Assembly (NCBI GenBank): GCA_963674695.2
Contig: CAXXGI010000001.1
Coordinates: 736,001-800,000 of the forward strand
DNA: 64,000 nt
Origin: a bacterium
GTDB lineage: Bacteria; UBA10199; 2-02-FULL-44-16; JAAZCA01
Direction of reading: 5' to 3'
The notes under the pieces are model-generated. The model was given only the letters and a program-made list of their open reading frames with translations, had not been told where the DNA came from and made no database searches. The translations under genes were made by a program, and so were the position numbers. Numbering within the stretch: position 1 is the first letter of the stretch; each line of letters begins with the position of its first letter. This document shows, in pieces, positions 9,896-17,962 of the stretch.

Positions 9896-10952
9896 GTTAA
9901 AAGTCATTAGATTTGGATTAGATAAACTTACTTTCTCGATAATACCAGATAATATAAGTCGTTATGCTGATTTTGTAGCTGACATTCCAATCGGTAATAA
10001 TTATAAGTCCTTTTTTGCCGCCCCAAAAAAATCATTTTTTCACAAAAAGCTTGGCAAGCAATTCGAGTGTTACTTTCCTTCGAGCAAAGGCACAAGTAGG
10101 ATTTATAAATATGGTATTCGGTGCGCCGAATACAGATTAGAGTTGGCACGTCCTGAAGTAATCGCATCTCTTATGCGGGGGAATACACCTCCGTTGCTTC
10201 TTTCCCCGACGATTAAAACAATCTACTCAAATAATATCGAACAACTCAATTTAATTATTGAACAAATAGGCGCTGCGGTGGGTGTTCAAGGCTATTGGAT
10301 AAGTAACATTGAAGTAGCGGCAGACTTTATTGGATGGTGTCCGACCTATAAAGACATTGTTAAAAACAATTTTGAATGTAAGGCATCGCACTACATATTT
10401 CGCAGTAAAGGAAATGCAAATAATATAGAAACTCTTTATCACGGTTCTGAAAATAGCCCAATTCGTTCAGCGATATATAACAAAACAGTTGAATGCCATA
10501 TACACAGCAAAGAGTGGTTACTTGAACTCTATGGACAAAACGCCGATGAAACACTTTGGCGATTAGAATTCAAACTTCGCCGAGAAGCTCTTAAACAATT
10601 CGAGATTATAAACCTTAATGATTTGGCAACGAAAATTTATACTCTCTGGGCTCACCTCACAAAAAAATGGCTAGTTCACAACCGTAAAGGAATTCCTTCG
10701 CCTGAATGGAGGGCCTTACAAAAGTTAGATATGGGTGACGTCCCACCACTAATTCGTAACGCTTCACCTGTGCCAAAGCGAACCAATGCAAAAATTATGG
10801 ATAGAATATGGAATGAATGTGTCAATTATGGCACAATTAACAACTGTGACCGTCTTAAACAAGTTATGAACGTCATAGTTAAAGGGCTTGTTGAAAGAAG
10901 CCCAACTTTTAAAGAAGAGGTATTTCAAAAGCGTATTAAAATGTTTGAGTAG
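9843..10952 (+). CDS. Rep_trans-like rolling-circle replication initiator/relaxase
   Basis: GLDKL, ISNIEVAADF, ETLYHGS...AIYNK and LWRLEFKLRREAL motifs occur in the replication-initiation-factor order. Confidence 0.75.
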   Translation: MRTPLGIIMGAEKTRTHKLKVIRFGLDKLTFSIIPDNISRYADFVADIPIGNNYKSFFAAPKKSFFHKKLGKQFECYFPSSKGTSRIYKYGIRCAEYRLELARPEVIASLMRGNTPPLLLSPTIKTIYSNNIEQLNLIIEQIGAAVGVQGYWISNIEVAADFIGWCPTYKDIVKNNFECKASHYIFRSKGNANNIETLYHGSENSPIRSAIYNKTVECHIHSKEWLLELYGQNADETLWRLEFKLRREALKQFEIINLNDLATKIYTLWAHLTKKWLVHNRKGIPSPEWRALQKLDMGDVPPLIRNASPVPKRTNAKIMDRIWNECVNYGTINNCDRLKQVMNVIVKGLVERSPTFKEEVFQKRIKMFE

Positions 10953-11011
10953 GAGTGTAATGGAAAGACCTGTAAACATTAGAGAGTTAGCAGTTTGAGG
11001 GAGGAAACAGC

Positions 11012-11263
11012 ATGACTTGCCAAAACAATTCAAATGGAATACCAAACAGCCCGAAACAATCAGTTCAGCTCATTGACAATCAGCTGTGGTCAACGCCACG
11101 ACTTTCAGAATATCTCGACGTACCCATTATGACGATTCGGGATTGGGTGTATAAACGCCAAATTCCATTCCTCAAAGTGGGTCGTCATATCCGATTTAGA
11201 CCTTCCGACGTTCAGAGATGGCTTTCCGATAGGAGCAAAGGGTATGGCCATCCAAAAGGTTAA
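11012..11263 (+). CDS. Excisionase-like HTH_17 protein
   Basis: LSEYLDVPIMTIRDWVYKRQIPFLKVGRHIRF; overlaps the integrase start. Confidence 0.88.
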   Translation: MTCQNNSNGIPNSPKQSVQLIDNQLWSTPRLSEYLDVPIMTIRDWVYKRQIPFLKVGRHIRFRPSDVQRWLSDRSKGYGHPKG

Positions 11264-12353
11264 ACGCAAGAAGGGAATAATTTATCGCGTCCGTCTGCAG
11301 TTAGATGGGCGAAGGATTACGAAGTGTTTTGTAAGGAAACATGATGCTATGGAGTTTGAGCGCAATGCTAAAATTGACCCACGGATTGCGGACGGCATTA
11401 ATCTTAGATTTGAACAAGCGGCTCTTGAATGGTTTGAAAACCACGCAAAGCCAAGGAAAGCGCCGGGAACCGTCGTTAACAATGAAGCCCTTATCCGTAA
11501 CGACCTTATACCAGAGTTAGGCAATAAGCGACTTGGTGATATTACTCCGCAACAGGTTGACATGTTTATTCACAAACTAAGACGGCAAATGAGCAATGCA
11601 AGTGTCAACCGTCGATTAGAACTGATAAGGGCTATTTTCAATTACCACATTCGTAGGCGAAATGTGTTGTACAGTCCGATGGCAGGGGTTGCTTTTTTAA
11701 AGGTCAATCCAAAATCTATAAAGTTTTGGACGCTGGAGGAGGGGCGACTCTTTCTGGAACATGCCAAGATGAAGTATGAGGGTACAGAGCGAGAGTATGT
11801 CTATCTTCTTTATCTGCTCGCATTGAATACCGGAATGAGGCTTGGAGAGATGCTTGCTCTTAAATGGTCAGCTGTGGACTTCCAGAACGGCCTGATTACC
11901 GTCTGTCGCACTCTCTGTCATCATACAGGGCAAGTCAGAGAAACGACAAAGGGTCGACGCATTAGGCATGTTCCCATTAATGGTGCCATAGTCGGGATAC
12001 TGAAGAACACATGGGCCAATAGGAAAAATGTCGAATGGGTTTTTCATACCGAAGGAAAGTTACTCGACCAAAGCAATCTCCGTAATCGCCATTGGAAGCA
12101 TGATATAAAAGAGAGCGGTGTGTCGCGAATCCGGATGCACGATATGCGGCATACTTATGCTAGCCATTTCATGATGAACGGAGAAGATATTTTCAAGCTT
12201 CAAGCAATTCTTGGTCATGCAGACATACGCACAACGCAACAGTACGCACATTTCTCTAAAGCTTATTTGTTGGAGAACGTGAATATAGTAAGGTTTGAGG
12301 CGGAAGGAAACGTAATCAAACTACCCGTCAAAAAATCCGGAACGAACGGATAA
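11244..12353 (+). CDS. Tyrosine integrase
   Basis: TGMRLGE, HDMRH, ILGH and TQQY catalytic motifs; adjacent to tRNA. Confidence 0.95.
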   Translation: MAIQKVKRKKGIIYRVRLQLDGRRITKCFVRKHDAMEFERNAKIDPRIADGINLRFEQAALEWFENHAKPRKAPGTVVNNEALIRNDLIPELGNKRLGDITPQQVDMFIHKLRRQMSNASVNRRLELIRAIFNYHIRRRNVLYSPMAGVAFLKVNPKSIKFWTLEEGRLFLEHAKMKYEGTEREYVYLLYLLALNTGMRLGEMLALKWSAVDFQNGLITVCRTLCHHTGQVRETTKGRRIRHVPINGAIVGILKNTWANRKNVEWVFHTEGKLLDQSNLRNRHWKHDIKESGVSRIRMHDMRHTYASHFMMNGEDIFKLQAILGHADIRTTQQYAHFSKAYLLENVNIVRFEAEGNVIKLPVKKSGTNG

Positions 12354-12393
12354 AAAATCGGGCAACCCAGAAATTTCAGGTTACCCGATGTTT
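12352..12393 (-). terminator. Rho-independent (possibly bidirectional) terminator between integrase and tRNA-Ala
   Basis: Stem ATCGGGCAACC/GGTTACCCGAT followed by a T6 run on the minus strand. Confidence 0.65.
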
Positions 12394-12394
12394 G

Positions 12395-12467
12395 TGGAGA
12401 TGAAGGGATTCGAACCCTCGGCCTGTACGTTGCGAACGTACCGCTCTCCCAACTGAGCTACATCCCC
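12395..12467 (-). tRNA. tRNA-Ala(CGC), intact
   Basis: GGGGATGTAGCTCAGTTGGGAGAGCGGTACG-TTCGCAA-CGTACAGGCCGAGGGTTCGAATCCCTTCATCTCCA folds as a cloverleaf with a G3:U70 pair. Confidence 0.95.
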
Positions 12468-12493
12468 ATAAAATCTTAAAATTTTTCAAAAAG

Positions 12494-12515
12494 TGGACAC
12501 AAAATGGACACAAAA
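12494..12515. repeat. Tandem 11-bp direct repeat (putative integrase arm-type sites)
   Basis: TGGACACAAAA twice, ~45 bp inside the junction. Confidence 0.5.
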
Positions 12516-12558
12516 GTCTTTCAGAAAATTTTTATTCCATGTTTTCAAAGAGTTAAGT

Positions 12559-12611
12559 CCTCCGACCCCCACGTTGCGAACGTGGTGCTCTCCCAGCTGA
12601 GCTAGTGCCCC
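12559..12611 (-). pseudogene. 5' part of a tRNA-Ala(CGC) truncated at the T-arm (att junction)
   Basis: GGGGCACTAGCTCAGCTGGGAGAGCACCACG-TTCGCAA-CGTGGGGGTCGGAGG is followed by ACTTAACTC instead of TTCGA. Confidence 0.85.
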
Positions 12612-12667
12612 ACTCATAGCACAGCATGGGCCAAACGTGACGTGCCTCTTTATCAAAAGAACATGCA

Positions 12668-12735
12668 TTGCGCCCGCCGGAGGCGGGTCCGCCTTCGGCG
12701 GAAACGTGGCGCTCTCCCAGCTGAGCTAGTGCCCC
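12668..12735 (-). pseudogene. tRNA-Ala 5' half with a 30-bp double-hairpin insertion in the anticodon loop
   Basis: GGGGCACTAGCTCAGCTGGGAGAGCGCCACGTT[TCCGCCGAAGGCGGA CCCGCCTCCGGCGGG]CGCAA; no 3' half follows. Confidence 0.8.
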
Positions 12736-12767
12736 ATATTGTGAACGATCGATGTGCAGAAATTCTG

Positions 12768-12841
12768 CGCGCCTAGCAGGATTCGAACCTGCGACCTTCT
12801 GCTCCGGAGGCAGACACTCTAATCCGCTGAGCTATAGGCGC
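12768..12841 (-). tRNA. tRNA-Arg(CCG)
   Basis: GCGCCTA acceptor stem, TCTGC-CTCCGGA-GCAGA anticodon arm, GGTTCGAATCC T-arm. Confidence 0.95.
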
Positions 12842-12850
12842 CTTGACGAC

Positions 12851-12880
12851 AGTGGAAGGTGAAATGTGGGAAGTGAAAAG
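12851..12880. repeat. Degenerate 7-mer array (AGTGGGA-like), left arm of the four-helix-bundle cassette
   Basis: AGTGGAA GGTGAAA TGTGGGA AGTGAAA is complementary to the CTTCCCA array at 13273-13302. Confidence 0.6.
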
Positions 12881-12888
12881 AACAGCAA

Positions 12889-13242
12889 TCACTTCAGCAC
12901 GCGCATCAATCCACGTATCATCTTGCATATTTCAAAAGAACGTTCCCGAAACAATTCAATTTCTTGAGTTTCGACGAGATTGCGTCTCTCAAGAATCGTC
13001 AAGACAGGTACACGCTCCCGAAAAGAATTCAGCGAGATTTCATAGAAACAATACTTCTTTTTCTTTGAAGACTGTCCGCTTCCTTCGGCCAAATTATTGG
13101 TGACCGAGAGTGACGCTCTCCTCAATTGATCACCAAGTGAAGACTGATACTTCGATGGCAACCGATCACAAACGGCAAAGACATGTTCGACGAAATCCAA
13201 TGCTTTCTGATAAACGACGAGATGTTCAAAATCAAACTTCAC
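12889..13242 (-). CDS. Four-helix-bundle protein (23S rRNA IVS protein / bAvd-like family)
   Basis: FEHLVVYQKA...LGDQLRRASLSVTNNLAEG signature. Confidence 0.92.
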   Translation of the reverse strand: MKFDFEHLVVYQKALDFVEHVFAVCDRLPSKYQSSLGDQLRRASLSVTNNLAEGSGQSSKKKKYCFYEISLNSFRERVPVLTILERRNLVETQEIELFRERSFEICKMIRGLMRVLK

Positions 13243-13272
13243 ATCATACCCCTACCCCCCCCTGATTTATTG

Positions 13273-13302
13273 CTTCCCACTTCCCACTTCCCACTTCTCA
13301 CT
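13273..13302. repeat. Tandem 7-mer array (CTTCCCA x4), right arm of the four-helix-bundle cassette
   Basis: CTTCCCA CTTCCCA CTTCCCA CTTCTCA CT. Confidence 0.75.
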
Positions 13303-13312
13303 GCTCTTCCTG

Positions 13313-13384
13313 TGGGCGTAGCAGGATTTGAACCTGCGACTCCTACCGTGTGAAGGTAGTACTCTCCCGCTGAGTTATACGCCC
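13313..13384 (-). tRNA. tRNA-Val(CAC)
   Basis: GGGCGTA acceptor stem, CTACC-TTCACAC-GGTAG anticodon arm, GGTTCAAATCC T-arm. Confidence 0.95.
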
Positions 13385-13671
13385 AATCTCGCTATGCACT
13401 TTTCAACAGGGGCCCAAGCGGCACCCTCCTCAAACGTGGCGCGCGACCCTAGCGGATGGCCCGTGGAATTTCAAGGGGAAAGCGGGGTTTCTGGCAGGCG
13501 AAGCCAGAGACGCAACAGGCTGTAATGATTTGCATTTATAGCTCTACGTCCAGAAAAGATGTCCTGCTCCCTTCCATCAGACGCCTCTGAAAGTGCAGGT
13601 CCATTTGCATTAGACGCAGCAAATGGCGGCAGCAGCATCCTGCTAAACACCTGTTTTTCCGTGCCTTCATC

Positions 13672-13688
13672 TTGGCACGCCGATTGCT
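13672..13688 (+). promoter_or_regulatory. Sigma54 (-24/-12) promoter upstream of RAYT gene
   Basis: TTGGCACGCCGATTGCT fits TGGCAC-N5-TTGC. Confidence 0.65.
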
Positions 13689-13701
13689 TTGTAGAGGAGG
13701 C

Positions 13702-14421
13702 ATGGCCTATCTCCCCCGACGTGAAATTGTGTACGATGGCGTCTCCTTCCACGTGACCTGGCAGTGTCACAACAAGGACTGGCTCCTGAAGTGGGATTGG
13801 GCCAAGCGGATCTACTATGACCTCCTGGTGAAATATAAAGAGAAGTACGGCGTCGTCTTCCACGCTTACAGCTTTATGGACAACCATCCGCACCTGATCG
13901 GAACGCTCACCGACCGGGAACAGTTCTCCCACTTCTTTCAGACCGTCCACAGCCAGTTTGCCCGCCAGGTCAACAAGCGCCTCAAACGACGCGGACAGGT
14001 GGTCATGGATCGCTTTAAATCCCCGCGCATCGAGTCGGACGAGCACATGCTCAAGGCCATGGCCTATGTCGACTTAAACCCACATCGAGCGGGAAAGGTC
14101 GCGCATCCGAAGAAGAACGAATGGTCTTCATATCGCTATTATGCACACGGAAAGGATGATCCGCTCATCACACCGTCGCCATCATATATGGCCTTGGGCA
14201 GAACAGCGATTGAACGACAGCAGGAATATCGAGGCATCGTCGAGGCGATGATGTTTCAGCGCAGACGGATGAACATCTCGAACACGCCGTTCATCGGCGA
14301 TCCGGATTGGGTGCTCGCGCAATATCGAGAACTCTGCCAACGCATGGGACGAAAAGCGACCGACTTCATGGCGTCGCGCATCACCGGCCCACCACCGGAA
14401 GCGCCGCTCGCTGCCGTCTAG
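13702..14421 (+). CDS. REP-associated tyrosine (Y1 HUH) transposase, RAYT/IS200-like
   Basis: FHVTWQC, HAYSFMDNHPHL (HUH), RFKS, YVDLNP and WSSY motifs; GAGGAGG RBS. Confidence 0.9.
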   Translation: MAYLPRREIVYDGVSFHVTWQCHNKDWLLKWDWAKRIYYDLLVKYKEKYGVVFHAYSFMDNHPHLIGTLTDREQFSHFFQTVHSQFARQVNKRLKRRGQVVMDRFKSPRIESDEHMLKAMAYVDLNPHRAGKVAHPKKNEWSSYRYYAHGKDDPLITPSPSYMALGRTAIERQQEYRGIVEAMMFQRRRMNISNTPFIGDPDWVLAQYRELCQRMGRKATDFMASRITGPPPEAPLAAV

Positions 14422-14468
14422 GAACAGACAGAATCGATTTTCTCGATTTCATCTCTGCGAAACAAGGT

Positions 14469-14493
14469 GGGGGTGTGCACAAAGCACACCCCC
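14469..14493. terminator. Hairpin downstream of RAYT gene (terminator or REP-like)
   Basis: GGGGGTGTGC-acaaa-GCACACCCCC, 10-bp stem. Confidence 0.45.
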
Positions 14494-14718
14494 AGCACAT
14501 CTTCATCAGTTTGACTCTACGAATATCGCCCAGAATCACTCCGAATTGACACGTCAGCTCCCTGCTGTACGGAAAATGGAGCATGCCTGAAGGCCATTGT
14601 GCCCGAATTCACTGAATACTGTTTCGTCTCGTGTTTATTCCTTCGTCTGAAGATTTCCTTTGCTTCGCCTGAAGCTTTTGTGTTTGTTTTGCTTCGTCTG
14701 ACGCTTTCTCATGTCTTT

Positions 14719-15771
14719 TTATTTCATCCGGTACTTGCTGCCTTTGCGCTCCCCCTCCATCACGATGACGCCCTTCTTCTGGAGACGGGCGAGGATCGCC
14801 TTGAGCGTCGGACGGCCGATTCCGGAGCGACGCCCGAGAAATCCGATGGTCGCGGGCTGATGCGTCCTGATGAGCTCGACGGTCTTTTCTTCGAGGACCG
14901 TCAGCTCGCCATGCCCCTTCGTTTCGATCCATCCCTTGAGCTGCTCCGTCTGGCGCTCGAGTGCCTTGAGAAAGAAGATCAGCCACGGATTCAAGTCGGC
15001 ATCGCCCCCGAGTGTCGCCTGCGTCTGGCGCAGGGCGATGTAATAGGCATCCTTGTTGTCCTCGACGATCTTCTCGTGCGAGCTGTACATGCAGAACTCG
15101 TAGCCCTGCCGAAGGAGACAGAGGTTGGTCAGCGCACGCGCGAGCCTCCCGTTCCCGTCGCGAAAGGGATGGATCGCCAGGAACTTTACCACGAACGCAG
15201 CGATGACCTCGAGGTCGTCGACATTGGGATCGCGGAGGTATTCGTTGTAATCCAGGACAAGCTCCCGCATCGCCGCCTCCGTCTGCGGTCCGGGTGGCAT
15301 GGTCTCAAAGATGACCTCCTGCGTCCCTGTTGCGTGGTCGATGCGCACAACGGAGTTGGGAATATTCTTGTAGGCGCCGCGCTGATGGGACGGCAACGCG
15401 TCCTCCGAGAGATAGGCACACATCATCTGGTGAAGCGCGCGGATCGTGTGCTCCGATATTTCGAGCTCACGGAAGTGATCGAAGACGTAGGCCAGGCAGT
15501 CGATGTAGCCGGCAACTTCCGCCTCGTCGCGATCATGAATCTTCTGGATCTTCAACCCTTCGAGCCGCGCGATAATCTCGTCGTCGGAGAGGTGCGAACC
15601 CTCGATGCGCGTCGAGGCACCAGCCGAGGTGATGATCGTCGTCTTCTTGAGGCCGGCGTAGAAATCTCGGTCGAGGGACTTCGAGAACTTCCAGATTTCC
15701 CTGAATGCCCCGATGGCCTTGATGCTCACCAGCGCAATGGAATTGAGGCGGGTTTTCAGAAGGTTTTTCAT
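14719..15771 (-). CDS. Fic family protein with C-terminal winged HTH
   Basis: HPFRDGNGRLAR Fic motif; STRIEG inhibitory-helix motif. Confidence 0.92.
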   Translation of the reverse strand: MKNLLKTRLNSIALVSIKAIGAFREIWKFSKSLDRDFYAGLKKTTIITSAGASTRIEGSHLSDDEIIARLEGLKIQKIHDRDEAEVAGYIDCLAYVFDHFRELEISEHTIRALHQMMCAYLSEDALPSHQRGAYKNIPNSVVRIDHATGTQEVIFETMPPGPQTEAAMRELVLDYNEYLRDPNVDDLEVIAAFVVKFLAIHPFRDGNGRLARALTNLCLLRQGYEFCMYSSHEKIVEDNKDAYYIALRQTQATLGGDADLNPWLIFFLKALERQTEQLKGWIETKGHGELTVLEEKTVELIRTHQPATIGFLGRRSGIGRPTLKAILARLQKKGVIVMEGERKGSKYRMK

Positions 15772-16029
15772 TACGCCATATAATATGCCATATAAACCAT
15801 ATAAATCAAAGGCTTTCCAAATATTATACCATATTTTAGGCTATAAGGACGTTTACGGCCTTCATTGTACAACCTACCAGACGGGGCAAGCTTCATTCTT
15901 ACTGCCAATACACGCTTCGGATAGGTGCTCCACTGATATCACAGCGACACGGGCCGAACGTGACGCGCTTCTTCTTACAGATAGGGGGGGATGAGGGAGA
16001 ACATGTCGCTTATGGAGAGAAATACAACA

Positions 16030-17820
16030 CTACCCGCCAATCACCTTCAAAAACGTCTTGCTGTAGAGTTTGCATTTCTTGGCGCCCACGCCGCTGACCT
16101 CGAGGAACTCCGTCCTGGTCTGGGGTTTTTTTCTCGCCATGTCGCGCAGGGCGGCGTCACTGAAGACGAGGTATGCGGGCACGCCCTTTTGCTCGGCAAT
16201 CTCTCGGCGAAGCGTTCGCAGCGATTCGAAGAGCGCTTCGTCCACGCCCTCCCAGGAATCTTGGGCAACCTTTGAAACGCGTTTTGTCTTGGCGGTTTTT
16301 TTCACGGGTTTGAGCAGCAGGGGTGACGCCTCCCCCTTGAGCACGAGCCAGCCCTTCTGCGTGACGCGCAGGACCTTGTATTCCTCGGAGCGTTCCAGGA
16401 AGCCCTGCGCCACGAGCTGCTCCGTCCAGTCCCTTACGATCCCCTTGGTATACTGCGACATGATGCCGTGCGTGCTGAGCGAATCGTGGCCGTTCTGCAC
16501 GATGCGCGTCTCCCGGGAACCGAGCAGAACGGAGGCGGTATAGTCTGCGCCAAATTTCTCTTTCAACCGAACCACGCAGGAGAGAATTTTCTGGGCGTCG
16601 ACCAGGGCGTCATCGTGCAAATCGATATCGCCGAAACAGACGTCACACGCCTCGCACCTCCCTTTGCCCAGGTCTTGGCCGAAGTAGTTCAGAATGGATT
16701 CGTGACGACAGGTAATGCCCGTACAATAGCCATACATGTCGCTCAACTTCTGGGCGGCCACCCTTTGCGCCTCGGAGGGCATGTCGCGAAGCATGCTCTT
16801 CCACACGACATAGTCGCCGCCGGAATAATAGAGCGTGCATTCCGCTTCGAGCCCATCGCGCCCCGCCCGGCCGCTCTCCTGCTGGTAGTGCTCCAGCGAT
16901 TTCGGCATGCCCGTGTGAATGACATAGCGAACGTTCGACTTATCGATCCCCATCCCGAAGGCGACCGTCGCGACGATCGTGTCGCATTTTTCCTTGATGA
17001 ACGCATCCTGATTGCGCTTGCGCCGCTCCTGCGTGAGACCCGCATGATAGGGCCGGACGCGATAGCCGCGCGCGGTCAGTTTCTTGCAGAGCCCGTCGAC
17101 ATCGCTGCGCTTGATGCAGTAGATGATGCCCGACTCACTCCGGTGACGTTCCAGCGCATCGCAGACCTGCTGCAGTCGATTCTTTCTCGGCTCGGCCTTA
17201 TAGACGAGGTTCGGTCGGTCGAAGGAACCGACGATGACATTCGGGTCGCTCAAACGAAGCTGCTTGGCGATGTCCGTTCGGACGTGTTCGGTCGCCGTCG
17301 CGGTATAGGCGTGAAAGGCGATGTCGGGAAATTGCTCCTTCAATGCCCCCAGCTGTCGATATTCGGGCCGGAAGTCGTGCCCCCACATGCTGACACAGTG
17401 CGCCTCATCGATGGCCACGAATGAAACGTTCAGCCCGCCCAGAAACGAGGCACAATCGTCCATCATGATGCGCTCTGGTGAGAGGTACAGCAGCTTCAGC
17501 GTTCCATCATGTATGCGATCGTAGGTATCACGCCGCTCGGCTGGCGTCAGCGAACTATCGAGGCGCGCCGCTGAAACGCCGCACTCATGAAGGCCGTCGA
17601 TCTGATCCTTCATGAGGGAGATGAGCGGGGAGACGACGATGGCGATGCCCGGCATGATGACCGCGGGAACCTGAAAGCAGATCGATTTGCCGCCGCCGGT
17701 CGGAAGCACGACGACGGAATCGCGCCCGGCACAGACCGACGCGATCGCCTCCTCCTGCAGCGGCAGAAAGCGATCGTACCCCCAAAACCGTTTCAACGCC
17801 TCTTTGGCCCGTTGGTTCAT
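16030..17820 (-). CDS. recQ: ATP-dependent DNA helicase RecQ
   Basis: PTGGGKS, DEAHC, WGHDFRPEY, QESGRAGRDG, RQC Cys cluster, HRDC (VPAYLVFSDAAL). Confidence 0.97.
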   Translation of the reverse strand: MNQRAKEALKRFWGYDRFLPLQEEAIASVCAGRDSVVVLPTGGGKSICFQVPAVIMPGIAIVVSPLISLMKDQIDGLHECGVSAARLDSSLTPAERRDTYDRIHDGTLKLLYLSPERIMMDDCASFLGGLNVSFVAIDEAHCVSMWGHDFRPEYRQLGALKEQFPDIAFHAYTATATEHVRTDIAKQLRLSDPNVIVGSFDRPNLVYKAEPRKNRLQQVCDALERHRSESGIIYCIKRSDVDGLCKKLTARGYRVRPYHAGLTQERRKRNQDAFIKEKCDTIVATVAFGMGIDKSNVRYVIHTGMPKSLEHYQQESGRAGRDGLEAECTLYYSGGDYVVWKSMLRDMPSEAQRVAAQKLSDMYGYCTGITCRHESILNYFGQDLGKGRCEACDVCFGDIDLHDDALVDAQKILSCVVRLKEKFGADYTASVLLGSRETRIVQNGHDSLSTHGIMSQYTKGIVRDWTEQLVAQGFLERSEEYKVLRVTQKGWLVLKGEASPLLLKPVKKTAKTKRVSKVAQDSWEGVDEALFESLRTLRREIAEQKGVPAYLVFSDAALRDMARKKPQTRTEFLEVSGVGAKKCKLYSKTFLKVIGG

Positions 17821-17945
17821 GGCAGCCCACCCTTGCCGATCGCATCAAACCATTCGCTGAACATTGTCGGAATACTACGATTTCATATATGAAATATATA
17901 TTTCAATTGTGAAACAAAAGGCTGCATCGCACCTCTGCTCAAGAA

Positions 17946-17962
17946 AGCAAGGATTGTGCCAG
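17946..17962 (-). promoter_or_regulatory. Sigma54 promoter ~125 bp upstream of recQ
   Basis: Minus-strand CTGGCACAATCCTTGCT. Confidence 0.55.

Larger units (their letters stand above)
1..12559. mobile_element. Integrated element (right part; left end outside window) with tyrosine integrase, excisionase and Rep_trans-type initiator, inserted at a tRNA-Ala(CGC) locus
   Basis: Visibly AT-rich compared with the GC-rich DNA after ~12.6 kb. Integrase, xis, rep and resolvase are clustered, and the zone ends at a truncated tRNA-Ala. Confidence 0.85.

Noticed and set aside
1-12559. Prophage or defence-island call for the element
   Set aside because: No capsid, terminase, tail or recognisable defence genes in the visible part.
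12668-12735. The anticodon-loop insertion as a tRNA intron
   Set aside because: No 3' exon follows CGCAA, and the insert has neither group I nor bulge-helix-bulge features.
12889-13242. Avd-like gene as a sign of a diversity-generating retroelement
   Set aside because: No reverse transcriptase or TR/VR repeat pair is visible in the window.
14641-14703. Three CTTCG(T/C)CTGA repeats downstream of fic
   Set aside because: Short and irregularly spaced; no supportable function.
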